NCBI RefSeq assembly: GCF_001194135.2
Contig: NC_068987.1
Span: 91,016,225 to 91,053,053 of the forward strand
Reading direction: 5' to 3'
DNA: 36,829 nucleotides
Origin: Octopus bimaculoides
Lineage: Eukaryota
Position 1 is the stretch's first letter. Each line of letters begins with the position of its first letter. This document shows, one piece after another, positions 12,623 to 24,141 of this stretch. A program made the translations under genes and the position numbers. The notes beneath the pieces are model-generated. The model was given only the letters and a program-made list of their open reading frames with translations, did no database searches and had not been told where the DNA came from.

Positions 12623-13294
12623 GCACACACACACTGACACAAATAGTTATCAGTACTAATAATACTCATTATTGGTTGCTTGGTCACGCTAAAACAGTCA
12701 TATTACCTTATATGGAATTAATCAATTAAGTCTGTAATTAATTGATATTTAAACAGAATTATTATTATTAATAACATAGTTATTGCAAATATATAAATCA
12801 CAAGTTTAATTTTATTCAATTTCAATTTAATTTAATAAATATTTTCATTTTGAAAATTAATATTGATTTCATTGTTCTGAGTAAGTGCCATATTTGAAAA
12901 CAGTAAAATTTCAATTAGTTTACTTGGATAATAACATTACCTGATTTTTACCTGTGTGTCAAAAGTATATTCCTAACATTACCCGTCAAAGGACAGGTAA
13001 TACTCTAATATATATACATGTACACCCTCGCGCGCACACACACATACTAGAGTTTTACCTGTACCTTTATATATATATTTAGAAGAAGTTAATTATATGG
13101 TCGTCATACTCTATCTACTACAACCGTGGGATTCCCCGTTCGTTGATTAGGGCCGTGAAAAATTTGATACTGGAACCGATCTAAGGACAATAACCAGTCT
13201 CACCTAAGGCTGGGGCAANNNNNNNNNNNNNNNNNNNNNNNNNNNNNNNNNNNNNNNNNNNNNNNNNNNNNNNNNNNNNNNNNNNNNNNNNNNN

Positions 13295-13324
<30 letters not shown>

Positions 13325-13328
<4 letters not shown>

Positions 13329-13703
13329 AAATTTCTGAGCGAGTTATAAACAGTAACTGCACGACATCGTGAAGTATATTTGCCACCAAAATGTGGCGAA
13401 CCCTTAAGGGTCGATGCTACTGTAGCTTGTAGCCCCAGAAAGATATCTCCTCCACCTGGCTATTGACACACTATCTGTGCCCTATTAGTATTTGCAACGG
13501 AAAGTCATCGTTCCCATCTCCAGCCTGACGTGATACACCCGGACCCGAGTTTCTGGGTATTTACCCGTCATCAGCATATGACATCCACCGGTTGGCGATG
13601 GGAAATGGTTCTGAATGCAAATATATATATGCTTTTTCCAGTGACGAAAAGTCACTGATCTAGAAAAAGTGGAAACAAGAAATAATAAATCTATTTAAGT
13701 ATT
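13325..13703 (-). mobile_element. Family D: ~360-nt hammerhead-containing repeat monomer (retrozyme or PLE pseudo-LTR-like)
   Basis: Segments 13351-13437 and 13558-13690 align with 15313-15398 and 15166-15295, but in permuted order. Contains the HHR at 13527-13585 and abuts (TA)n. Confidence 0.7.
13527..13585 (-). ncRNA. Type I hammerhead ribozyme motif (probably decayed, GUG at cleavage site)
   Basis: Minus: GAUGU-CAU-AUG-CUGAUGA-C-GGGU(AAAU)ACCC-A-GAAA-CUCG(GGUC)CGGGU-G-UAU-C-ACGUC. The core CUGAUGA and GAAA is perfect, and stems I (with internal loop), II and III can all form. Confidence 0.75.
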
Positions 13704-14097
13704 CCTTCCTCCATTTTAAAAAGAGGTTATATACCCGGCGTCCGACGAGCCGTCTATAAGGCTAAGCGCTTTATGGATGTGAAGATTGGTCATTTTATGA
13801 CTGGACATATAACTACCTTCCTATAAATACTTTACTGCTCAAACGTTTAGTGTGTGTTTCTCTTCCGGTTATACAACCTGCAAACAATGGATGCATGTTT
13901 TGACCCTCATAGGGAAATCTTTTCTCTTATTCACGTACAAAGTTTCTGAAAAAGGATATTCTTTCACGCTACCATCTCTATACCAACACAAAAGGAATTC
14001 AAAGAGGTTTGAATTCTAGCATAGGGTGAGGTAGAGTTTTATTTTAACGTTTGGAATTAATTTTGATTCGATGAGATCTCGAAATATCTTGTATAAT

Positions 14098-14310
14098 GAT
14101 TCCGAATTTTTGCCACAAAGGCAGCTTGTGGGAAGGGATTAAGTCGATTACATCAACCTCAGTGCGTAATTGGTTCTTATTTAATCGACCCCGAAAGGAT
14201 GAAAGGCAAAGTCGACCTCGACGGAATTTGAACTCAGAACGTTGCGACGGGCGAAATTCATCTAAGCATTTCGCTTGGCGCGCTAACGGTTCTGCCTGCT
14301 CGCCGTCTTT
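14098..14310 (-). mobile_element. SINE family A, full length (left copy of tandem pair)
   Basis: Complete head, core and tail, bounded by the 15-mer AATATCTTGTATAAT on both sides. Confidence 0.9.
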
Positions 14311-14325
14311 AATATCTTGTATAAT

Positions 14326-14540
14326 CCTTTCTATTCTAGGCACAAGGCTCGAAAGTTTAAGGGAGGGGACCAGTCGATTAGATCGACCCCAGTACGCAAC
14401 TGATACTTAATTTATCGACCCAGAAAGTATGAAAGGCAAAGTTGACCTCGACGGAATTTGAACTCAGAACGTAAAGACAGACGAAATGCCGCTAAGCATT
14501 TCACCCGGCGTGCTAACGATTCTGCCAGCTCGCCGCCTTA
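14326..14540 (-). mobile_element. SINE family A, full length (right copy of tandem pair, different tail)
   Basis: Complete head GGCGGCGAGCTGGCAGAATCGTTAGCACGCC and tail GTGCCTAGAATAGAAAGG, bounded by the same 15-mer. Confidence 0.9.
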
Positions 14541-15165
14541 AATATCTTGTATAATGTTTAAGAATGGTGATACTTACTTCTATTCGATCAGGACACTTTA
14601 AAAGAATATCTTTGTAGTTTATAAATAAATGAATAAATTACTGTGAGACGCCATATGCAAAAGAGACAAGTGAATGTCAACTTAGGTATGACTTTGTGGT
14701 TAATNNNNNNNNNNNNNNNNNNNNNNNNNNNNNNNNNNNNNNNNNNNNNNNNNNNNNNNNNNNNNNNNNNNNNNNNNNNNNNNNNNNNNNNNNNNNNNNN
14801 NNNNNNNNNNNNNNNNNNNNNNNNNNNNNNNNNNNNNNNNNNNNNNNNNNNNNNNNNNNNNNNNNNNNNNNNNNNNNNNNNNNNNNNNNNNNNNNNNNNN
14901 NNNNNNNNNNNNNNNNNNNNNNNNNNNNNNNNNNNNNNNNNNNNNNNNNNNNNNNNNNNNNNNNNNNNNNNNNNNNNNNNNNNNNNNNNNNNNNNNNNNN
15001 NNNNNNNNNNNNNNNNNNNNNNNNNNNNNNNNNNNNNNNNNNNNNNNNNNNNNNNNNNNNNNNNNNNNNNNNNNNNNNNNNNNNNNNNNNNNNNNNNNNN
15101 NNNNNNNNNNNNNNNNNNNNNNNNNNNNNNNNNNNNNNNNNNNNNNNNNNNNNNNNNNNNNNNNN

Positions 15166-15395
15166 TATTTCCCTTCGTCGGCGTTCGACAGCCGATGACC
15201 TTGGTGAGAGAGAAAAACCTGGCAAATCTTATATCTTCTTTTCCAGTGGCATTCTTCACTGATATTGAAAAGGTGAAAACAAGCAATGTTAATTCTCTAA
15301 ATGAAGTATTAACAGTAACTGCACGATAAAGTGTAGTATATTGCCACTTAAGTGTGGCTGACCCCTAGGGGTGGATGTTACTGTTGCTTTTAGCC

Positions 15396-15398
<3 letters not shown>
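15166..15398 (-). mobile_element. Family D second copy (circularly permuted; HHR 5' half runs into gap)
   Basis: TTTTCCAGTG..TCACTGAT..GAAAA.GTG.AAACAAG and CAGTAACTGCACGA..TAGCCCCA blocks match 13325-13703. Minus GCCGACGAAGGGAAATA aligns with GCTGATGACGGGTAAATA. Confidence 0.7.
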
Positions 15399-15429
<31 letters not shown>

Positions 15430-15430
<1 letters not shown>

Positions 15431-15610
15431 TGCATATATGTGCAGTTGTGACTGTGCCTTTGTGTTTGTGTTTAGGTCCCCCACTGCTATGACAACAGGT
15501 GTTGGTTTGCGTCCTTGAAACTTACCAGTTTGACAAAAGAAACCGATTAAGTACAGTCTTAAGAAAAACGATACTCCAGCACTGCCGCAGTCTAATGACT
15601 GGAATGAAAA
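15430..15610 (+). mobile_element. SINE family B 3' half, degenerate
   Basis: GACAAAAGAAACCGAT..AAGTAC and CTCCAGCACTGCCGCAGTCTAATGACTG match 25735-25845. Confidence 0.65.
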
Positions 15611-15732
15611 AAAGTACAGGATATGTAATATAGTGAGTATGAAAACTAGAAGCATTACTATGATGAAGAAAAGACAAAACGAACAACATTAATTCAAAGA
15701 AAATATTTTGTATTGATAAGTGCGTCAGACAA

Positions 15733-15772
15733 CTCCAGACATGTTTTGTCTTACTGGACCTCATCAGCGAAG
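15733..15772 (-). ncRNA. Minimal type I hammerhead ribozyme motif (third family; G12->A)
   Basis: Minus: CUUCG-CUGAUGA-G-GUC(CAGUAA)GAC-AAAAC-AU-GUC-UGGAG. Stem I is CUUCG/UGGAG, stem II GUC/GAC, stem III the palindromic ACAUGU, and the triplet is canonical GUC. G12->A fits CpG decay. Confidence 0.7.
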
Positions 15773-16356
15773 TATAGACTTTTCTGTAATTGCTAAAATA
15801 TAGCTGACAGAGGCAATAAGTCGATACAGACTATTGTACACGAATAGTCATGAAAAGAATTTGAAAGATTTTAATGTATCACCGTGGTTGATTGCTCAGA
15901 GAGGCCATTTACATGAGGAATAAAAAAAATAACAGTAATGTTATTACTGTGAGAAATAAATAGTTATTGAGAAACACAGAAATAAATAAATGCGCATATG
16001 TACATTTAGATATTTATGTATGTAGATGCGCGCGCGCGCGTTTGTGTGTGTATATGCACGTACATAAATGTAGGTGTGTATGTTTATATATACATACAAA
16101 AATACATACCTACATACACACATACACAGACACTCACATATACATATAATACATACTTACATGCGTATATATACTCACATATATTTGCATTTATATAAAT
16201 GCGTGTGTGTCTGTTCATTCTCTCTCTCCCTCCCACTGTCTCTCTATATATATAATTAAAATTTCGAAAACCGGAAATTGAAACCTGATCGCTGAGTCTT
16301 CCTGTAGAAATCTGATGTCTTCGTTATGTGTCGCACTTCATTGTTACGTTCATTAA

Positions 16357-16938
16357 GGCAGCGAGCTGGCAGAAACGTTAGCACGCCTTTCATCCTTTCG
16401 GGGTCGATTAAATAAGTACCAGTTACGCACTAGGGTCGATGTAATTGACTTAACCCCTTTGTCTGTCCATGTTTGTCCCCTCTGTGTTTGGCCCCTTGTG
16501 GGCAATAAAGAAATAAGAAACGTTAGCACGCCGGGCAAAATGCTTAACAGTATTTCGTCTGCCGCTACGTTCTGAGTTCAAATTCCGCCGAGGTCGACTT
16601 TGCCTTTCATCCTTTCGGGGTCGATAAATTAAGTACCAGTTACGCACTGGAGTCGATGCAATCGACTTAATCCCTTTGTCTGTCCTTGTTTGTCCCCTCT
16701 ATGTTTAGCCCCTTGTGGGCAATAAAGAAATAAGAAACGTTACGGCATCGGACAAAATTCTTTGTTTCGTTTCGTCCATGTTTACTTTATCGCTTCCACC
16801 GAGGTCGACTTTGCCTCTCATTTTATTTTTCGAGGTCGATAAAACTAGTACCAGTCAAGTACTGCGGGATTAATGTAATCAACTTCTCCCTCTTCTCAAA
16901 AGCTGTCACCACCATCCTGTGCCATAATTTGAAATCAT
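16357..16938 (+). mobile_element. SINE family A nested trimer
   Basis: One head (16357-16370), then units starting AGAAACGTTA at 16371, 16516 and 16733. The first two end GGGCAATAAAGAAATA. The third is an older subfamily ending GTGCCATAATTTGAAATCATT. Confidence 0.85.
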
Positions 16939-17823
16939 TTTTACATTTACTCTTGTGTATGTTTGAGTGTGCGTGTCTGTGTGAATGTGTGTGTATACAC
17001 ATCAATTTCGTGGGATTTAAGTACATCATACAAACAAACATAAAGAGAAAAAATCCTCATATATCTCCAAGTATATATAGGCACCANNNNNNNNNNNNNN
17101 NNNNNNNNNNNNNNNNNNNNNNNNNNNNNNNNNNNNNNNNNNNNNNNNNNNNNNNNNNNNNNNNNNNNNNNNNNNNNNNNNNNNNNNNNNNNNNNNNNNN
17201 NNNNNNNNNNNNNNNNNNNNNNNNNNNNNNNNNNNNNNNNNNNNNNNNNNNNNNNNNNNNNNNNNNNNNNNNNNNNNNNNNNNNNNNNNNNNNNNNNNNN
17301 NNNNNNNNNNNNNNNNNNNNNNNNNNNNNNNNNNNNNNNNNNNNNNNNNNNNNNNNNNNNNNNNNNNNNNNNNNNNNNNNNNNNNNNNNNNNNNNNNNNN
17401 NNNNNNNNNNNNNNNNNNNNNNNNNNNNNNNNNNNNNNNNNNNNNNNNNNNNNNNNNNNNNNNNNNNNNNNNNNNNNNNNNNNNNNNNNNNNNNNNNNNN
17501 NNNNNNNNNNNNNNNNNNNNNNNNNNNNNNNNNNNNNNNNNNNNNNNNNNNNNNNNNNNNNNNNNNNNNNNNNNNNNNNNNNNNNNNNNNNNNNNNNNNN
17601 NNNNNNNNNNNNNNNNNNNNNNNNNNNNNNNNNNNNNNNNNNNNNNNNNNNNNNNNNNNNNNNNNNNNNNNNNNNNNNNNNNNNNNNNNNNNNNNNNNNN
17701 NNNNNNNNNNNNNNNNNNNNNNNNNNNNNNNNNNNNNNNNNNNNNNNNNNNNNNNNNNNNNNNNNNNNNNNNNNNNNNNNNNNNNNNNNNNNNNNNNNNN
17801 NNNNNNNNNNNNNNNNNNNNNNN

Positions 17824-17864
<41 letters not shown>

Positions 17865-19580
17865 ATAGCGGGTGGCAGGAAGAAGAATGAAGATGAAGGT
17901 GAGTCCGGGCAGGTGGGAGCGCGAACAAGTGAATGTTGGTTGGTGAATGAAAGGGGTTGGTCGGATTTGATGGTAAAATGGGAACGAGATGATTGAACTG
18001 GGAACAAGTTCAATTTTGAAGAGTGGATGATATCTAAAGGTAATTAAAAGAAGATCCAACTGAATGTCCACTGTCCGTCCATCTTCGGACAATAATGATA
18101 TCCTGAATACATTTGCCATTCTAACGCCGACTTTTTCTTCTATCTTTATTAAGTAACTCTTTTCTCTTAGTTTGCTCGTGTTTCCATTAATTATTCTTCA
18201 TTTTGTTTCTGCTATTCTTTCTTCATTCCTTAACTGCTATTCATTTCCTTCTCTCACCGTTCCTTACTTTTATATTTCTTTTTCTTTATTTATTTTCTTA
18301 TTTTCATTTTCCCGCTAATTTATTATTCTTCCCTCACACTTTCGCCGTCACCAAATTAATCTTTCGATTTACAAATGTCGCTTTTATTCTTCTTCCTTAT
18401 CTTTTTCCACTTTCACTTTCGCTTTCCTTTTCTTCTTCATCCCATCTCTTTCCTCTCGCCTACACCGTGTTTTCTCATAGTGTCCCTGCTATTTACGTAT
18501 CACTACACCCTCTTCTCCGCACCGAAATGCTTATGGTTCCGTTCCAATATCTATCCATTCACCCAACTATCTGTCCATCTAACCATCTCACAATTTCCTT
18601 CCACTCCCGACCAAAACTCTCTGGCTCTGTCTGTCTGTCTGTCTGTCTGTCTGTTTCTCTACCTTCTTCCTCTTCTCTCTCTCTCTCATCTCTTTACCTC
18701 CTCTCAATTTACCTCACACCACATCCCATCACGTCTGTTGATACAAAAGCTGCTTCTCTAGCTAAGCCATTCCCCATCTCCTATATACACAAACATACAC
18801 ACGCATAAATATATATATACATGTGCAACTATACACACGTGCATATATACACATACATGATTACACGCATATACACATATTCACATACATACATTCATAG
18901 AGACCGTACATACATATAACTATACATACACAACCTGCTTACATACATACATACATACATATATACATATATATATGTATATACATGTAAACATACATAC
19001 ATATATACATACAGACATGCACACATATAAACATACACACACAACATACATACATACATACATACATGCATACATGCATACATACACACACACACACATA
19101 CATAGCTAGATTTCCCTCTCTCAGCAGCCGATGTGAAAACAATGGCCGTGCCAAAGAATAATGACCACGTGATAAGAGAATACTCACGGGCCGGAAATCA
19201 TGGCGCGAAGCACGATGGTTTGGAGGGAAAGTGTCGGTGGAGGGTGGCGAAGGAAATTGTGTGAAGGTGTGAGCATAACATGGGTGAGCGGGGGTGGGGG
19301 TCAAGGTAAGAGGGTGGTGGGGATTAAAGGAGAAAAATGGCACACAGGGAAGATAACATTTGCAGACATTGCTCCATCGGGTCGAATTGCCAACACACAC
19401 ACACATACACCCACACCCACCCACGCACACACTAACATACACGCAAACGCACCAATTGAAATACAAACACACAAGCAGATATTGAATGATGATGAAGAAC
19501 GACGCCAACGTTTTCTCTTGTAACTTGGGCCATGTTTGCAGGTAAAGGAATACAGAGATGTTAAAATGGCGCAACCTCTC

Positions 19581-19640
<60 letters not shown>
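19581..19640. repeat. (AAT)n microsatellite
   Basis: Directly visible. Confidence 0.97.
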
Positions 19641-19643
<3 letters not shown>

Positions 19644-19879
19644 CGTGTCTTTATGTGCCACGAGGGCTCATACATACAATACCAAAGATATCATACAAAA
19701 AGAAGGCTTATAAAAATATGTCAAGCTGTACGAATACACACACACACACACATACATACATACACACACACACATGTACACACGTATCTATCAAGGGTGG
19801 GTTCTCCCCAGCGGTCTTTGTCCCTCATCATCACTGCCATACACACACAAACATATATATATAATATAATATAAATATA

Positions 19880-20043
19880 TATGTTCGACCGTTGAACTCT
19901 GCACATTTTTTTCACTCTCCGTATTTTTTTTATTTCTGAATATTTTCTGTTGAAGAGCGAAGGCTCAAAACGTAAAAGACTTTTCCATTCTTCCTGAATA
20001 TTAAACTAATGCACTTGCTTGCTGCTCCTACACCTGTCTTCGT
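19880..20043 (+). mobile_element. Solo fragment of the PLE LTR with hammerhead-like motif (19943-19980)
   Basis: TTTTCTGTTGAAGAGCGAAGGCTCAAAACGTAAAAGACTTTT..AAACTAAT..CACCTGTCTTCGT aligns with the reverse complement of 1870-1976. Confidence 0.7.
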
Positions 20044-20156
20044 AAGGATGAAAGGCAAAGTCGACCTCGGCGGAATTTGAACTCAGAACGTAACGGCAGA
20101 CGAAATACCGCTAAGCATTTCGCCCGGCATGCTAACGTTTTTGCCAGCTGACCGCC
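20044..20156 (-). mobile_element. SINE family A, head and core only
   Basis: Near-consensus head, B-box GAGTTCAAATTCC and core up to TTTCATCCTT. Confidence 0.85.
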
Positions 20157-23012
20157 ATTCTTTTAGACAAATTCTTCATATAATTAAATACTGTTATTTG
20201 AGACAATCGCTACCAAATTAGTTTTTCTCACTAAACCTTGTCTAGATCTCTTTTTTTTAAAATATACCTTCTTAAAATCTTCATTTGAAAAGTTGTGAGT
20301 GAAAAACCACGTATTGTTTTTGTTGTAGATGTTGTTGCCGTTGTTGTGGTTATTATTGTTAAGCGAGTCGTTAAATCGCTTTCTTATTAAAACCCACAGA
20401 AACATCATTATTTTTTACTTAAAATGTGTGTTCTGTTTTACAATATTTTTGGGCAGTGTCTTCTCTTTCTGTTTCCCTGTAATTGTCAACGCTTTTTTTT
20501 GGGGGAAGGATAATTCCTCAACAGCAGTCTATGTTGAACCTTCCTTTGAAACAACTGTAATGCATTGACTCAGAAAAAGCCATCAAAAGTAATGTTTTGA
20601 TAGGACGACAGGATATCAGTAAAGCAAACGAAGACAAACTGCAGAAAGCAGTATTACCTCTTAAACGTGTTATACGGCATTTCAACTCTACCAAGACCTT
20701 AACCTCTGTGAATTCTCAAATAAAACGACAACACCTGTTACTTGACACCGAAAACAAAGATTGATTTTCTGTTTGGGGACATCATCCCTCATTGAAATTA
20801 TTAACAATCGATTAGTTTCACTCAAACTCTCTTTCATATTTCACTCCACCCCTCACACAAATGATTGATTTTTCGTTTGGGGCTGCTCTCCTCACTTCAA
20901 ATCAAAATTCGATTATTTTTCCTCTTACTTCTCACTTTCTTTCACCTCCATCTACAGAAGCAGACACGCATATATTCACACCATTCGGCTATTCCAATCA
21001 TCTAACCACACATACACACAAGTAAAGTCGCACTCTCAACAGCCAGACAATATCTACCTGCTTTGACCTATTCCTTGATTTTTGCACATGGCAGTTATGT
21101 TGTCCATCTTCCATCTCCACGCATCAATCTCGCCTACAAGAAAACAATCTCACTACTCATGTCTAGCATCCGTTCCAATCACTAGAGTCAACATGTTTGG
21201 TTGATGCTGGATTAAACTTTAATTTAGAGAAATGTCTTTATTGATGTGTCTGCAGAAAGCAGTGTTATAAATGTCTAGCCAATCGCATTTTCATGCCGTC
21301 CAATTTCCACTTTATTTTTGTACAATTTTACATTTTTATAGGTACTTTCCTCTCTTGTAAACACTCTTCAGGGATATATACACCTGCAGATGATTATAAA
21401 ACATGAAAATACCTGCAAAATGGTGTTTCATTTTGCAACGACAGTATATTGCCACTTATACTAAAGGTTTACAAATGAGTATTGTGTTTTATCTCGTGTT
21501 AGCAGTGCGGTTTATCTCTATATATTTCCTTTAAAAATCAGAGCCAGCATTGCAAGTGATGACATTTCGTAAACAAATAAGTCTGTATATATATNNNNNN
21601 NNNNNNNNNNNNNNNNNNNNNNNNNNNNNNNNNNNNNNNNNNNNNNNNNNNNNNNNNNNNNNNNNNNNNNNNNNNNNNNNNNNNNNNNNNNNNNNNNNNN
21701 NNNNNNNNNNNNNNNNNNNNNNNNNNNNNNNNNNNNNNNNNNNNNNNNNNNNNNNNNNNNNNNNNNNNNNNNNNNNNNNNNNNNNNNNNNNNNNNNNNNN
21801 NNNNNNNNNNNNNNNNNNNNNNNNNNNNNNNNNNNNNNNNNNNNNNNNNNNNNNNNNNNNNNNNNNNNNNNNNNNNNNNNNNNNNNNNNNNNNNNNNNNN
21901 NNNNNNNNNNNNNNNNNNNNNNNNNNNNNNNNNNNNNNNNNNNNNNNNNNNNNNNNNNNNNNNNNNNNNNNNNNNNNNNNNNNNNNNNNNNNNNNNNNNN
22001 NNNNNNNNNNNNNNNNNNNNNNNNNNNNNNNNNNNNNNNNNNNNNNNNNNNNNNNNNNNNNNNNNNNNNNNNNNNNNNNNNNNNNNNNNNNNNNNNNNNN
22101 NNNNNNNNNNNNNNNNNNNNNNNNNNNNNNNNNNNNNNNNNNNNNNNNNNNNNNNNNNNNNNNNNNNNNNNNNNNNNNNNNNNNNNNNNNNNNNNNNNNN
22201 NNNNNNNNNNNNNNNNNNNNNNNNNNNNNNNNNNNNNNNNNNNNNNNNNNNNNNNNNNNNNNNNNNNNNNNNNNNNNNNNNNNNNNNNNNNNNNNNNNNN
22301 NNNNNNNNNNNNNNNNNNNNNNNNNNNNNNNNNNNNNNNNNNNNNNNNNNNNNNNNNNNNNNNNNNNNNNNNNNNNNNNNNNNNNNNNNNNNNNNNNNNN
22401 NNNNNNNNNNNNNNNNNNNNNNNNNNNNNNNNNNNNNNNNNNNNNNNNNNNNNNNNNNNNNNNNNNNNNNNNNNNNNNNNNNNNNNNNNNNNNNNNNNNN
22501 NNNNNNNNNNNNNNNNNNNNNNNNNNNNNNNNNNNCTATATATATATATATATATATACACAAAATATGGGGGTTTAGTTCACAGGTGATCTAAACGATT
22601 AGGTACGCTAGGTAAGTACTGTAACGGATTACTAGGGCTCCAAGGTTATAGCCGAGACGGTAGATATGGAGCCATTGCAGATTTCCGATATAGCGGATAT
22701 ATAATTCTCTTTCTTCATCTCCTTATTCCTTTTCTGCTGTCCTCTATGTCGTCATTTCATTAATCTATACTCTTCTCATTTTTCCTATTTGTTTCCGATG
22801 ACGGAGTACCTCATACTTGAGGTATCCCAGAAACAGCTGTAAGACTTTGAATTTTTTTCTAATAATAATAATAATGATGTATATGACTTGAGATGTTTGC
22901 CTTGCCTTAACGTTTGTTTTCCTCTTTAACAATTATTTATGTGTGTGTGTGTGTGTGTGTGTGCGTGTGTATATATGTATGTATATATAATATGTATTCT
23001 ATTTTAATTTAG

Positions 23013-23053
23013 AGTTTCGCCTTGAGGGAAATTCCTTTCTTGCTCCTCCCCAG
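23013..23053 (+). other. Candidate 41-nt internal exon, unassigned gene
   Basis: TATTTTAATTTAG| ... CCCAG|GTAAGA splice signals. Open in two frames: (x)FRLEGNSFLAPPQ or SFALREIPFLLLP. No protein recognised. Confidence 0.35.
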
Positions 23054-23571
23054 GTAAGATTTCTTTTCTAATATTTGAAGTTCCTCTGCTAGTAGCCAAG
23101 TATTTCCCCACCATTTGATAATCTTTGTTGTAGAATGAGAAAATGGGCCGGTTTTAAAAATTTCATTCCTTTCCAAGCAAAAGAAAGATAGCGAAAAAAA
23201 AAAAGAAGAGTTAAAACAAAAAAGCAAACAGCATTCGATAATTGAACCTGTATCGATCAATAGGTTTGCAGGGAGCCTCGTTCCGCTTTATTACACTTAT
23301 ATACAGATTAAAATGATTTAATATTAAATTTCAAAATATGTTTTCTAGCTTTAATTTTCAAACAAACGCAATTACGTACAAGCATTCCTCGACACAGGCA
23401 CAGACATACATGCTCATATACATACACATACATACACATACATACACACACATACACAAGTACATCTTAGGGAGAGTGAGAGAGAAAGAGAAACAGAGAT
23501 AGTGAAAGAGAGAGAAAGAGGGAGAGAAAGAGAGGGAGAGATGACTGAGGTGGATAGGTATAAAGTTATAA

Positions 23572-23605
<34 letters not shown>

Positions 23606-23937
23606 NNNNNNNNNNNNNNNNNNNNNNNNNNNNNNNNNNNNNNNNNNNNNNNNNNNNNNNNNNNNNNNNNNNNNNNNNNNNNNNNNNNNNNNNNNNNNNN
23701 NNNNNNNNNNNNNNNNNNNNNNNNNNNNNNNNNNNNNNNNNNNNNNNNNNNNNNNNNNNNNNNNNNNNNNNNNNNNNNNNNNNNNNNNNNNNNNNNNNNN
23801 NNNNNNNNNNNNNNNNNNNNNNNNNNNNNNNNNNNNNNNNNNNNNNNNNNNNNNNNNNNNNNNNNNNNNNNNNNNNNNNNNNNNNNNNNNNNNNNNNNNN
23901 NNNNNNNNNNNNNNNNNNNNNNNNNNNNNNNNNNNNN

Positions 23938-23970
<33 letters not shown>

Positions 23971-24100
23971 GTGTGTGTATATGCATACAAAGAGAGGGAG
24001 AGAGAGAACAAGAGAGAGAGAACAAGAGAGAGAGAGCAAGCAAGAGTGAGTGAGTAAGGGAGTTAGAGAGTAACAGAGCAAGAGAGTGAGTAAAAAAGAG

Positions 24101-24141
<41 letters not shown>

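Noticed and set aside
13742-13772. CCGACGA-GCC(GTCTATAA)GGC-TAAGC-GCT, a possible plus-strand decayed hammerhead
   Set aside because: Stem II is present, but there are multiple core mismatches and no stem I. Cannot be supported.
15166-15266. Apparent exons RRRSTADDL|GTGAGA and TTCCAG|..AAG|GTGAAA
   Set aside because: The sequence is family D repeat (homologous to 13558-13690), and the implied intron is only 43 nt.
16371-16938. Regularly spaced repeats resembling a CRISPR array
   Set aside because: Eukaryotic SINE multimer: the inter-repeat sequence is homologous rather than unique spacers, and there are no cas genes.
17863-18119. Unique stretch with GAAG|GTGAGT and AAAG|GTAATT donors and a minus ORF start
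   Set aside because: No matching acceptor plus open frame combination.
22588-22613. CAG|...TAG|GTAAGT micro-exon
   Set aside because: Stop codons in all three frames.
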